The position numbers and the translations under genes were made by a program. The notes beneath the pieces are model-generated. The model was not told where the DNA came from, did not search any database, and worked only from the letters and a program-made list of their open reading frames with translations. 64,000 bases of DNA from Macrostomum lignano (Eukaryota). The stretch spans positions 434,001 through 498,000 of the forward strand of contig NIVC01000592.1 of the NCBI GenBank assembly GCA_002269645.1. The letters run 5' to 3'. Position 1 is the stretch's first letter. Each line of letters starts with the position of its first letter. Of the stretch, positions 26,421 to 40,280 are shown one piece after another.

Positions 26421-29074
26421 TCACTTGCGATTGGTGCGAAATTTCAGTGGCGGCGGCGGCGCGTTCAGGTTGATCTGCGGCAGGCGCATCAGCACCGCGG
26501 CCTCCTGGTCCTCGTATTTGCTGCAGCCGCCCACCAGCTTGTCCCACCAGGTCCTCTTCACGCAGACGGGCCTGGGCAGCAGGCCGAAACAGGGCATGCG
26601 CAGGCTGTAGAAGAAATAATACAGTACGCTCTTGGCCTGCGCGTCCTTGGAGGCTTGCAGACATTTCAGGAAGCTGAAGGACGTCACGAGGGAGGCGACG
26701 GCAAGGATGTCTTACAAATAGATGGACGGTAAACTGGCGTTTCTTAGAAAAGATTTGAAGGCTGACTGGGTAGTGTATTTCACGCTTAACCCAGTCACTC
26801 ACAAATACAAATCTTGTCAGCACAGAGATACGAGCTAGATAGTTGTAAACAGCTCTGCACTTGCTTCCAGCGCTATTTATAGTTTGCAGTTCAACAGACT
26901 GCATGCGATTACTGAGCAATTTTGTGTCATTGTTAACCTGCTGGCGCCCTTGGTGCTGGCGCCCCTTGGTGCTGGCGCCCCTTGGTGCTGGCGCCCCTTG
27001 GTGCTGGCGCCCCTTGGTGCTGGCGCCCCTTGGTGCTGGCGCCCCTTGGTGCTGGCGCCCCTTGGTGCTGGCGCCCCTTGGTGCTGGCGCCCTTTAGTGC
27101 TGGCGCCCTTTAGTGCTGGCGCCCTTTAGTGCTGGCGCCCCTTAGTGCTGGCGCCCCTTGGTGCTGGCGCCCCTTGGTGCTGGCGCCCCTTGGTGCTGGC
27201 GCCCCTTGGTGCTGGCGCCCCTTGGTGCTGGCGCCCCTTGGTGCTGGCGCCCCTTGGTGCTGGCGCCCCTTGGTGCTGGCGCCCCTTGGTGCTGGCGCCC
27301 CTTGGTGCTGGCGCCCCTTGGTGCTGGCGCCCCTTGGTTCTGGCGCCCCTTGGTGCTGGCGTCCCTTGGTGCTGGCGCCCCTTGGTGCTGGCGCCCCTTG
27401 GTGCTTGCTCTAATCCTCAATCAAAACCCCTGGCTACGCCCCTCCCTGACTGCAGACTTATGAAGCTAAATTGTGCGATAGGTAGACCATAGTTGACTAG
27501 TAACCCAGATTTGCAAGAGCTCACTCGGGTTAGCTCAAAGCTGAATAAATTTTCAGCAAGTGTAATCATTAGTCATGAAGCAAAGCAGCTCTTCAAATTA
27601 TAATTGTTGTATTTACAGAGTCCTAGCCAAAGGAACTCAGAAGCACTCACCTGTTATCGCACTCGCAGTGCGACAGCGTAAACAGGAAGGTATTTTTGAA
27701 ATTGTATTTCACCTCGCTAGGCCGAACGTACACGCCGCAGTAGTCGTGCTGGCGGCAGCATTTGTCAGTCTCGAATGCGCTGCCGAGGTCGCTGAAATTC
27801 CTCGCGATGTTGCCTGCGGGCAGCGGCAGCGGAAACTTCTATGCATGTACATTGTGCAAATCATTAAATAGCATTCCCAACCCCAGTTTTTCGAGCTATC
27901 TCTACATGGCACGAAGTGTCAGTCTTGCTTGCTCTGTTTGCTGGCAAGCCTCAAAGCGCGGAGCAAAAAATCTTTCCTTGCCTCGTGTATTTAAACTCCC
28001 GCGTGTCTCGTCCCACTTGGCTGCTGACTAACAGCGAAGTCAATCGATTTCGGCTGTCTATGGCTAAGAATCTACGCTTTCGAGGGGGGGGCAGATTTTA
28101 ACAGCGGGTTTTATGCCCGAGAATTTTGATCTACCGTGCCAAGCTTGGCCATAGATAAAAGAATTGAAAGTGGGCAAAGCAGGTATTTAGTACCTGTTAA
28201 GGTAAAGGAGACCAATCTTCATTCTACAAAAAGAGCGAAGTTTGTGTGAATGAGCAGGCAGACTTGGCCTTCACTTTTAAAATGTTTATAGCCTGGCATT
28301 AGTCAAGTTCAAGTTAATGACTTGAAAACAGCCAACAAGCCGGTCTGAGGGATCCCACCGTAAACATAAAATGAGTTAATCCGACCCTGCCATGCAGTAA
28401 ATTGGAATACAAATAAGAACACGTAGCAAAGCGTGGGGGCGTGACAATAAAACTGACGGGCAGGCAGGCATGGGGTGGGTGCGTTTTCCCTTGAGCGTAC
28501 TCGCCCCCAGTCGCCTCAGCCCAGATTTTAAGTGCGCCTGCACTTTATAAACCGAGAGTGTACGCCCGCTGACGCACCGGCTCATGTGATCGCACTTAGT
28601 CTGAACCTTGCGAGTTAAATTTAGAAACAGGATACTCCATTGTACGGTGTACGCTGCCACTGACTTTGAGCTATAAAAACAGTGTCAGTCAGTTAAGTGC
28701 TAAAACTTCCCATGACGTAGGTGGGTCGATCCAGAAAGCCAGACGATTGTAAAAAAACATTCTTAAAACTGGAATCTCGCGTGTTGAAAATCTGAGAGGG
28801 AGGGAGTTAAGTGAGGAATTGGGGACAGGCAGCACTCACCCGCTCCGCACCACTTGGTGCCGCTGTGAATAGGAAATCTCGGCCCGGAGCCGCCAAACTT
28901 CACCTTCTTGCCCTCGTAGTCGTGGAATTTCCCGTCTTCCGGTAGGGGATTATCCGACAACCCGTTCTGCTGCTCACTGAAGCTTTCTGTAGGCAATAGC
29001 AAACATAGCAGCAGTAGAAACAATAGTTGACAATTGCTAGAGCCAGACTGAGCCGACCGATGCGATGCCGGCAT
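26421..29074 (-). CDS. Group III (bee-venom-type) secreted phospholipase A2, copy A, apparently intact
   Basis: Exons 29074-28840, 27813-27651, 26673-26421. Signal-like LLFLLLLCLLLP; Ca loop IHSGTKWCGAGN; catalytic TDKCCRQHDYC; HCECDNSFLKCL; CF motif. Confidence 0.92.
26939..27405. repeat. 16-bp GC-rich minisatellite, ~29 copies, in PLA2-A intron 2
   Basis: Unit tggcgccccttggtgc. Confidence 0.97.
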
Positions 29075-30054
29075 TGTTGCAAGTTCAGATAAGAAGCTCT
29101 TGATTAAATAGATAGTGTAGTATTCAGTTTAGTGTCACTTTGAAAAGGTTACGCCGTGGGCCCTCCTATCGTTTTTATAGGCTAAGGGAGGAGGGGTGGT
29201 GGGGCGGAGGAGGAGTGGGGGCCACAGGGGCCAACCGGGTGCTTCTCCCCTGCCCCCAGCCAGATTTCAGTATTCTGAATCATATTGCCGGCCGCCATTA
29301 ATTTGTAGAGGCTGTCTGCAAAGTTTCACCGATTTCGTTTTTATCTGTAGATGTTGGTGCGCTTGAACTGCTGGCGTGGCCGCTAACTAAGGGAATGATG
29401 CGGAGCTGTCAGTCAGTTAAACACTCAGGCATTTCGTGAGCTGTCCATCAAACTTAGTGAAGTAAAAGAGATTTAGTGGATTGTTAAGTGTGTGGGCGCT
29501 AAAAATATTATCCTTTTGGAATCCGTCAGAAATCAGAATTAACGAGAAAATTCCCCATTTACACCTGGAACAATCAAACTAATTGCTCCTACAATCAGCT
29601 TAATCAATGATTCCAATTACGGGCATTCCAATGAGCCTCATGTGGTTCAGATTTAAAGATTGGCTCTATTTGATAAAGGCATTCCATGTGCTGTCTTACG
29701 TTGGGTTTTATACTATGAAATGCCAATTCACGATCTGCTTGAAATACCAAGCATTCCAAATGCGGATTGATGAAGAAAAGTGCAAAATGCAATCTGCTTT
29801 TGCAACTAATTGCTTCTTTTCTAGTTTAAATATTGAATAGATGTTTTGTAAATTATCATTATATTTGTAGCTGAACCTCTGCCTACACTTATTTTACTAA
29901 TATTTGCCATATTCATATCATGAACTCATTGTCAGCAGCTCAGTTTATTTGTATATGAGTCCCCACTCGTTGTCAGGCAGATCTTCCAGCTGGTCCATTA
30001 ATGTGAGTCGGCAGAGCTGGATCCGGGAGGCCAAGGAAATTATTTGGCAGTCGA

Positions 30055-30526
30055 GAGAGGGGGTGGCTGGCCACAGAGTGAGCGGAGAGAGGGGGCGGCT
30101 GGCCACAGAGTGAGCGGAGAGAGGGGGTGGCTGGCCGCAGTGAGCGGAGAGAGGGGGGGCGGCTGGCCGCAGTGAGCGGAGAGAGGGGGGTGGCTGGCCG
30201 CAGTGAGCGGAGAGAGGGGGGGCGGCTGGCCGCAGTGAGCGGAGAGAGGGGGTGGCTGGCCACAGAGTGAACGGAGAGAGGTGATGGCTGGCCACAGAGT
30301 GAACGGAGAGAGGTGATGGCTGGCCACAGAGTGAACGGAGAGAGGTGATGGCTGGCCACAGAGTGAACGGAGAGAGGGGGCGGCTGGCCACAGAGTGAAC
30401 GGAGAGAGGTGATGGCTGGCCACAGAGTGAACGGAGAGAGGGGGTGGCTGGCCACAGAGTGAACGGAGAGAGGTGATGGCTGGCCACAGAGTGAACGGAG
30501 AGAGGGGGCGGCTGGCCACAGAGTGA

Positions 30527-30530
<4 letters not shown>
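30055..30530. repeat. ~32-bp minisatellite, ~15 copies
   Basis: Unit ggctggccacagagtgaacggagagaggtgat with 31-33 bp variants; abuts PLA2-B exon 2. Confidence 0.95.
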
Positions 30531-31379
<849 letters not shown>

Positions 31380-31629
31380 TAGCGTGAGCTATACTTGTAT
31401 TGACGAGTGCCAGCTATATCAGGTTAACAGAAAAACTGTAGCAGTTATTGGTTTTCTCGATAATTTGCTAAATAATTTTCCGCTGAAAATCGATGGCCTT
31501 AGGAAGGAAATTGGAAATGAAATTAGGAACAGGAAATTGCCTTACTTTGTTTTTAACAAAATGGACGACTATTATAATTAATTTTGGACTTCTTTTTATT
31601 TTATTCCCACGGTCCTCACGGTCTCCCTC

Positions 31630-32445
31630 CTCCCCTGCCTCCTCCGCTGCCTCTACTGCCTCCTCCGCTGCCTCTACTGCCTCCTCCGCTGCCTCTACTG
31701 CCTCCTCCGCTGCCTCTACTGCCTCCTCCTCTGCCTCTACTGCCTCCTCCGCTGCCTCTACTGCCTCCTCCGCTGCCTCTACTGCCTCCTCCTCTGCCTC
31801 TACTGCCTCCTCCGCTGCCTCTACTGCCTCCTCCGCTGCCTCTACTGCCTCCTCCTCTGCCTCTACTGCCTCCTCCGCTGCCTCTACTGCCTCCTCCTCT
31901 GCCTCCTCCCCTGCCTCCTCCGCTGCCTCTACTGCCTCCTCCCCTGCCTCCTCCGCTGCCTCCTCCGCTGCCTCCTCCGCTGCCTCTACTGCCTCCTCCG
32001 CTGCCTCTACTGCCTCCTCCTCTGCCTCTACTGCCTCCTCCGCTGCCTCTACTGCCTCCTCCGCTGCCTCTACTGCCTCCTCCGCTGCCTCCTCCGCTGC
32101 CTCTACTGCCTCCTCCACTGCCTCTACTGCCTCCTCCGCTGCCTCTACTGCCTCATCCGCTGCCTCTACTGCCTCATCCGCTGCCTCTACTGCCTCCTCC
32201 GCTGCCTCTACTGCCTCATCCGCTGCCTCCTCCGCTGCCTCTACTGCCTCCTCCCCTGCCTCCTCCGCTGCCTCCTCCGCTGCCTCTACTGCCTCCTCCG
32301 CTGCCTCTACTGCCTCCTCCGCTGCCTCTACTGCCTCATCCGCTGCCTCCTCCGCTGCCTCCTCCACTGCCTCCCCCGCTGCCTCCTCCACTGCCTCCTC
32401 CGCTGCCTCTACTGCCTCCTCCGCTGCCTCCTCCGCTGCCACTGC
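31630..32445. repeat. Low-complexity array of 9/12/21-bp units (gcctctact / gcctcctccgct)
   Basis: Mosaic of gcctctact, gcctcctccgct and variants between PLA2-C and PLA2-B. Confidence 0.93.
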
Positions 32446-32834
32446 CACAAAGTCACAAGAAACAGCAACAATGTGTTTTTCTTTTTATTTCCATCACTCA
32501 TCAGATGGTACTCATAGTAATTAGCGCAGGCTGACAAAGTTGCGCTTGTTCTTCGGCTGGTTTTTGAGCAGCTGATCAATCGGTATCGTCTGCGGTAGCT
32601 GCATGAGCTGCTCGGTTGGCTGGTCCTCGAACTTGGCGCAGCTGCCAGAGATGAACCGCCGCATGCAGACCTGCCGCTGCACCAGAGCAAAGCAGGGCAC
32701 CCGCAGCGTCACCCACAAGTAGCGGTACATACTGTCTGCTTGGGAATCCTTTGACGCCTTCAGGTACCGCAGGAAACTGTCGGTGAGGGAGAGCGCGATA
32801 TCTTTTACTGGATCTAGGTGAGATTTCTTCAGTA

Positions 32835-33078
32835 GGATCAAATCCCAATGGGATGTCTCCAGTAGGATCAGATCCCAGTGGGATGTCTTGAGTAGGATCA
32901 GATCCCAGTGGGATGTCTCCAGTAGGATCAGATCCCATTGGGATGTCTTCAGTAGGATCAGATCCCATTGGGATGTCTTCAGTAGGATCAGATCCCATTG
33001 GAATGTCTTCAGTTAGGATCAGATCCCATTGGGATGTCTTCAGTGGGATGTCCCCAGTCAGATCAGATCCCAGTGGGA
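32835..33078. repeat. 30-bp tandem repeat, ~8 copies, with internal hairpin atccc-NNN-gggat
   Basis: Unit agtaggatcagatcccattgggatgtcttc. Confidence 0.93.
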
Positions 33079-33424
33079 TGTTTCAGAGAGCAGGTTTTCA
33101 AATGCAATCTAAGGCACTAAGGAACTCTAATTTAATGCACTACATGTATCCAGAACATCTCACACATTGTCGCACCCGCAGCGTGACAGGGTGAACCAAA
33201 AGTGATTGTAAAATTTGTACTTAGTCTCGTGGCTGTGGATCTGCACTGAGCAGTAGTCGTGCTCAGGTTGTCAAAAAACTCCTATATTACTTGAAATATA
33301 GCAACATATTTCATACTACAATATACTTCAGCAATATTTCCTGAAATATGAAGACTTGTCACGTGGGGTTGAACTTCAGGGCACCTCTTGTTCCTTATTG
33401 AGGCTCTCTTACTGAATACCCCTA

Positions 33425-33906
33425 CTCGCTATGAGGCTCTAGTGTGCACCCCTGCCCGCTATGAGGCTCTAGTGTGCACCCCTGCCCGCTATGAGGCTCT
33501 AGTGTGCACCCCTGCCCGCTATGAGGCTCTAGTGTGCACCCCTGCCCGCTATGAGGCTCTAGTGTGCACCCCTGCCCGCTATGAGGCTCTAGTGTGCACC
33601 CCTGCCCGCTATGAGGCTCTAGTGTGCACCCCTGCCCGCTATGAGGCTCTAGTGTGCACCCCTGCCCGCTATGAGGCTCTAGTGTGCACCCCTGCCCGCT
33701 ATGAGGCTCTAGTGTGCACCCCTGCCCGCTATGAGGCTCTAGTGTGCACCCCTGCCCGCTATGAGGCTCTAGTGTGCACCCCTGCCCGCTATGAGGCTCT
33801 AGTGTGCACCCCTGCCCGCTATGAGGCTCTAGTGTGCACCCCTGCCGGCTATGAGGCTCTAGTGTGCACCCCTGCCCGCTATGAGGCTCTAGTGTGCACC
33901 CCTGCC
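33425..33906. repeat. 30-bp near-perfect minisatellite, ~16 copies, in PLA2-C intron 1
   Basis: Unit cctgcccgctatgaggctctagtgtgcacc. Confidence 0.98.
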
Positions 33907-34741
33907 ATCACGGTACTTCAAAGTGCCGAGTTTCTCACCCGCCCCGCACCACTTGGTGCCGCTGTGGATGAACAGGCTGGCATCCTTCGCCCCGGAGGCC
34001 ATGCAGCGGCATGGATTAGTTATAGTAAATGATTCAATTGGTGGTGCCACTGCTATCAAGCAGGGCCTCAGTTCCACCAGCCGATCCTGCAACTACGAGC
34101 CGTAAAATGCCATTATTAATTCAAGAACCATCAGCTTTGTTAAAAAATCTACAGAGTCAAAATTTTACCCGGATGACAAAATGGCTTTTCGGAGTGGTTC
34201 AAATGATGATTATTATGTTCCAATTTTACGTTAATCTTCTATAACGGAGTATCGGAGTATGGAGTAATTTTGCAGATACTTTGTCTTGAAAAGCGATTAG
34301 TTAGAGAAATATTAAAAAGCAAGGATTATTTTTTCAAGCAAGTCTGCTTCATATGTTTTCACCTCAATTTGTTAGTCAGCTTAAAGCGATTACGAATTTA
34401 ATATATTTTGTTATTGCAATTTTTAACACAATTTTGAGACATTCATTCATCGATGATGCGAAAACTGTGTGGCTTGTTTGCTCAGTTCACTCACAAGAGC
34501 CAAGACTACTGTGAGTAGTCTAGTGCCTGAATTCTTCACTTATTAGTATACATTGCGGAAAGCTTGCTGTGGGTAAATGCGAGCGAAATCCTCCGTCTGC
34601 ATCTGTTGCCAAGGAGCTCAGCTCGGGTCTCTCGGGAGCCTGTATAGGGGAATGAAAACTGCTTCTCGAATCCAGGTGCTAATGCCAGTGAACAAGCCTA
34701 TGCTGATTATCAGGTGACAAAACCAGACTGGAGCTGGCAGT

Positions 34742-36246
34742 TCAGCTAATGGCGCAGGTCGAACCCCCGCTGCCGCCGCCGCTGCCGCCTCCGGAGCCGT
34801 GGCCGAGCACCTGCAGCTGGTACACCAGGCCGTTCTTGGCCAGGTACACAGTGCCGCTCCGCTCCCTGTCCGAGCACAGAGCGGTGACGCCCTCGTTGTC
34901 CTTGTGGCAGACCCGCTGGCACTCGGGCACCCAGCCCTGGCTGGAGGCCCCGGGCACCCGCCGGGTCCAGTACAGCACGTACAGCGAGCCCTCCTGGCTG
35001 GCCGCGTTCACCGTCAGCAGGCGGCCCTCGCTCAGGCCGAGCAGCTGGCTGGGCATCAGGCGTTCGAACCGCCAGGCGGACGGCTTCAGCCAGGAGTTCA
35101 CCTCGCCAATTCCTTTGGGATCGTGGGAGCGCATGGAGAGCAGGAAGCCGCCGTTGCCGCCCCACTGGCCGGAGACCCACGTCTCGTTTGAGTCCCAACA
35201 GCACGAGATCTGCGGTTGGTTTAACGGGTTAGTACAGGGATAAGTTGCCTCGTCCTGCATCAGGGACATTCTCAAAATACTACAGAGCTGCTTCTCGGAC
35301 TCGGATAGAGTGAGGGAGCATCGGATCTCAAACGTTTATCAAAGGTTGCATTTTAAAGCAAATGCGATCAAGCCCTTAGAAATATGAATGACTGACCCTT
35401 GAAGTCCTCAAACCCGCTCACCTGTTTAGGAATCTTGTCCCAATCGATGTCCAGGTGGAACAGATGCTTCAAATCGCTGCTGAGCTTCACAATCCGACTG
35501 ATGGCCTTGCGCTGGCCGCAGTAGCACAGGAAGATGCCGCCAGACTGGTCGAAGTCGAAGCCGCTCACGTGACCGTCATTGTAGACCTTGTAGCTGAGCA
35601 GCTGGCCCATGGAGTTGGTCATGACCAGGCAGCCAGCGGTGAGCTCAGAGGCCTCGAGCACCAGGTTGCCGGAGGCGTACATCAGGTCGCGGGTCTGCAG
35701 GCGCACGCAGCTGATCCGGAAGTCGCTGTAGCCGCTCGGCAGCACCCGGAAGCTGCGTCGACAGCGCAGCCGGCCGGCGCCACCGCCGCCGCCAGACGAA
35801 GAGAAGGAGGCTGAGGATGACGCAGAGGCGGCGGTTGAGGCGGAGTTGAGCAGTTCGAACAGGTACACGAAGTAGCCATCCGTCACAGCGAGGCAGTCGT
35901 CCTTGGCGGCCATGCTCACCACCGGGGAGCGCACAATTGGTGCCAGGTCGCTGAGCACGGTGAGCTGCACGGGCAGGCAGAGGCTCTCGTCGAAAACGAA
36001 TCGCGGCTCGTCTTTGACGTCGCAGAAGCTGAAGCCGTCGCTGCAGAGCTGCATCATCAGCTGGCTGCGCTCGTCCTGCTGGTCCTGCAGCTCCTGCAGC
36101 CTCTGCTCACTGATGTCGTCTTCGTCCTCGACACACGGCGGCGCTGCAGCTCCATCGTCATAGTCGAATCCGCTGCAGCCGCCTACGTCGCGAGAGAGTC
36201 CCAGCAGGTCGGCGCCCGCGTACGGGCAGCGGCGCGACTCTGGAAG
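34742..36246 (-). CDS. Uncharacterised protein with probable beta-propeller (NHL-like); last two exons, 5' end not resolved
   Basis: GC-rich open exons 36246-35422 and 35287-34742 joined in frame (KIPKQ|LCSILRM). Acidic/Gln-rich helix followed by repeated beta-strand segments (VVSMAAKDDCLAVTDG, VSGFDFDQSGGIFLCY, VTALCSDRERSGTVYLA). Confidence 0.65.
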
Positions 36247-39200
36247 CTGCGAGGTGGCAGGGAAGGGGAGAACTGACGGTTGAGCTCATGCAGTGGCTGC
36301 TGATTCTGGTAGTTGGGTGAATTGGGGCTTGCCATGCGATTCCCCAAGGCACAGAGAAAGTCAGGGCCGCTGTAAACCCTGTGTGAGCACGTGTGAGTGC
36401 GTGCCTGTGTACTGTATTGGTGCGCTTGTCTGTGCTCACGAGAGGAATGGGCGGAATCGCCTCAGCGCTGGTAGGGGAAGGTAGCTTGTATTTTCTATTT
36501 ATACGTGCAGGTCGGTAGAAAAGGTAGTGCGTGAGCACACTTGGTGAGGCCCAGCTTAGCGGTTGAGTCCGCCTGTCGAATATTGAAATATTAATAAATC
36601 AGACTCGAGCTCCGAGTCTTCAAGTCACGAAACTGGGAATCCGTCTTCGTAGTGAGTCGATCTGCTTGACTGAACAAATTTCTCACTCGTGAACATACTA
36701 CTGACTTATGAGTAGCATCCGTCGTCCGGCTTTATCGGCGTGTTTCAAAACTGGCAGGCAAGTCTGATTACGCAGGGCTCCACCGCTCCGACATCAATTC
36801 GCCCTAATGAGCGGCAGCAGCGACGGGGGAGTTGGAAACAGGGCCTCTGCATCTCGTTGAGCCCCCCATTGTGGTACTGCAGAGAGCAGAAAACATGCAA
36901 ATTTCTGCTTATTGACAGACTCGAGAGCAACGCTTCCCGCCCCATCATCGCGGATTACGCAAGTGTCTCCTTCGATTAGCGCCGCGCGTCGGCCCGCAGC
37001 CAGTTGGCAAGTTTTAATGGACAACTCAGCGCTATCAGCTCAAAAAAGCACTTTAGCCTGTCAACATCAATTTGACTGGGGCGGAGGGCATCGGAGAGAG
37101 CTCTGTGACAGCCCGCGCACTGCTCGAACTGCGGGGGAGAGCCTCTGAAACAGTGGAGCGAACTGAGCTGCTACGGAGTGAGTCAGCGGGAGCAGCCCAG
37201 TTCTGCCACCTCGCCTGGGCCTCGGGAGGCTCAAAATGAAATTTATGGCGAGGCACCATGGACGGATGGAGATGGAGCGGGGGCGCTGCGATCCCCCAGG
37301 GAGACGGATCTGCATGCGGCTGCCGGTGCGCTTTGTTGCGGCCGGCCGCCATATTTCAGCATTTTTACATTTTCTGCGTCTTTCTCAGTCCGTTTTTTTG
37401 AAACCCCCAGGCGCCGCCACACAGTGAGCAAGGAGGCGGGGGCTGATGCTGGAGGCTGGGATGCAGAATGATTCATGGCAGCGATTAGGCCGCGAGTTTC
37501 ATTTTCATTTTCGCCCACTCCAGGCCGTCCGTCAGGACTCCGCGGGGGCCCTGCATCTCTAAATCTATCTTCTTTCCAGTCGGGTCACCCCCCCTCTATC
37601 TCTGGTTATTATTTCTGGACTGAGCCTGGCTGGCCAATTTCAATTCTCCATTTTTTCGCCATCGAGCCGGCCGCCGCAGCCATTTTTTGTCCCGGGAGAG
37701 ACGCGGAGGGAGGCTGCGGCGGCGCGATATGATCCGGCGTGCAGTGAGCAGAGACTCAGCTGAGTTCCAGAGTAGAGCTCGGCTTAAGTACGCCTGTCTC
37801 TGGCAGCTAAGATGCCCCACAAGTAGCCGTCCCAGATCCCAGCGACTGGGACATGCCGAGATTCGGGGGGAGGCAGAGCATAAATTATGACAAGGCAGCT
37901 CGAAGCGACTTTAGTTAATCCTCAACTGAGCGTTGGGTGACTGGCCGCCTCTGCGGCTGGACTCGAGCTGCTCATAGAATGTTCAATATGACTCCGTCAG
38001 CTCGGGGAGACTTCTTGAGACTTCTTGATTTAAAAAAAATCTGAGCACATGAACAGCAGGGATAGGACTCAGCATGTGCACTCGGTTTTCTAAGAAATGC
38101 ACCGGATGCCGGTACGGAAGGCATATTTGTCATATCGCCAGTGCATTTTCCTGCTCTCAGAAATCGGATTTGTCTATGGCAGAACCCCATTTCTCAGCGC
38201 TATGTGGCCTCTAGCTCGTTTCTAAGAAAACCCACTGTAAGCGTCCTGCTACGTCAGTCTTCCATGTCTTGCCAATTATTTAAAGACATGAAAAGTACAA
38301 TACCAACTCGAAGACTTGGAGAGACTGTTTCCTATATAAGCTTCATCGCGATTTCTAGCACAGGTGGCCCGAAGTTATGACCCACCTTCACTCTCCGTTC
38401 AAAGCATAGGAGGGTACAAGAACGGGAGCGGTCTGGCCAACAGGCCCGCCTCGTTGTCCATGGCTGCCGGCAGCACCGCGGATTAGCCGGTCGTCATAAA
38501 GAAAGCCCGATTAATCTTGATCCGGGCCTGGGGACGCTAATGGAAAGGTCTGATATTCGTGTTCCCCCCTGAACTCCCAAGTCTAGCGGACGGCCTGCCT
38601 GCCCCAAACCTCGGATCGGGCCTTTGCTCCTGTCCCCGGGCATTCCGCCCCCCCCCGTCACTCCTATCGATTTCTCTTCGAGCCATCAAGGATATAGAAA
38701 GGAAAAATCGATCACTTACCATGGACCAACACTTGACCCCCTTAGCGCAGTTTGCGAGCAGAGAAGTCGCTCCGATTGTCGGCAATAAGCAGCGGTTTTC
38801 ACAGGCGCAGGCCAGGCGGAGCGGCTTTCGGAAGTCACGAACTGCCGGCTCAAATATTCAAATATTCCCAGTCGGGCAGTAGGAGACGGCAGCGAGAGAG
38901 CACTGCGGGCTGGGCGTCCGGGCTGCGGCCGGGCTATATGGGGGAGCGGGGGGCCAAAATCGATGGGCCTCGGCTGGGCTGGCCGGATTCTGGGCAGGGG
39001 GGGGAGATGAGGAACGGACGCCAATCAGATGGCGCCGGTTTAATCAGGGAGAAAGAGAGACAGAGTATGTGGTGCGAGAGAAGCTCGGTCTCGCTCCGCG
39101 GCAGCAACTCGGTCAAATCTGGGCCAGCGGCAGCTCCCCAGATCCCTATTAATCTGCGGGATTGGGGCTGAAAGCCCCCCCCCCCACCCTGCCGCCCTGT

Positions 39201-40280
39201 TGCAGTGCGGAAGACGGCATGCCGGATCTTCGGTCCAATTTCTCAGATTACGCCAACGGGTGCCGAAGGGGGGGGGGCGGGGCGATGCTTGGATGGGGAT
39301 TTACTTCCTAATCTTTGGGATGAAAGAGATTGCTGGTGAAGAAATGAAAGCCTTCTACAGCCAGTTTGAGCTCCTCCGGAACTGCAGGATGATTCAAATG
39401 GAAGCTGTAAACGATTCTCACCAGCCCGCGAATCAATAAAGTTCAAATGCTGTCGGGTTACATGTGTACAGGAACATGTAAAATGCTCAAAGTCTGCAGT
39501 TGAAATACCTGAACTTTCTGGATGCCTTCGACTGGAGTCAAGTATGCTCAGACTCACAGCTAGCTCAGAGCTGCTGCCCTACCACAGCAGTTACGCTAGT
39601 GCTAACCGCAGCCAACATTTGCTTAACTCTGCCAGTGCTGGCGGTGAATTCTCTTAACCAGTAGGCTAGCGACCCCTCACAAGCGACCCTGCAGAGAGTT
39701 GAATTTTAACGATATCTACTTGTGCAGAAGCCCGTCGGTTGCATTGGGCCAAGGCTGATTAAATGTCTACAATATACTTCATTGCGCTGCTGCCGAATCG
39801 ATCTGGGAATTCGCTGCCGCCGCTGCCGCCACTACCCAGTCGACCCGAAACTCGAGCAAAACACTGAGAGAGGGGGAGAGAGAGCTGAGAGCGGTCCTGG
39901 GCTGGGGGGGGGTTGAGATGGTCTGAGCAAGAAAGCGAGGGCTGACAGGCGCGGCTAAAATAAGATTTACGATCAACCGCCAAGACGCCTCCGACTCGCC
40001 GACGGCTCCTTAGGAGAACTCCTCGATTACTTTGGGCTGAGTAAAGTGATGTTGCATAATAAACTTCATAAACTCTGCCATTCCCTACTGGCTGCATTCA
40101 ACCTTTGAGCATTGACTTATAGCATTGAGTGAGTGTAAACACTTACATGTATTATTCGCGTTCACAACACTTTTGGAAACCAGTAAAATACATGCGTACG
40201 ACCCTGTAAGTGCAGCGACAGTCACGTGACATTTTGGGATTTATTGGTCTGTGGCAAGCTGTGAGACACCATCTATCCTA

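Larger units (their letters stand above)
32521..34131 (-). pseudogene. Group III PLA2 copy C, degenerate
   Basis: Exon 1 ends FIHSGTKWCGAG (donor at 33938). Exon 2 keeps EHDYCSVQ...FTLSRCGCDN but lacks TDxCCR. Exon 3 32776-32521 reads FLRYLKASKDSQADSMYRYLWVTLRVPCF. The 5' end is frameshifted. Confidence 0.8.

Noticed and set aside
31468-32534. Glu/Ala-rich (EAVEAAE), Ser/Ala/Thr-rich and Pro/Leu-rich ORFs suggesting an antifreeze or coiled-coil protein
   Set aside because: Openness in several frames follows from repeat composition. The E/A frame starts at GTG, and I found no supporting splice or non-repetitive coding context. Not fully excluded without RNA data.
33388-34032. 214-aa ORF of PARYEALVCT repeats
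   Set aside because: 30-bp minisatellite antisense to a PLA2-C intron.
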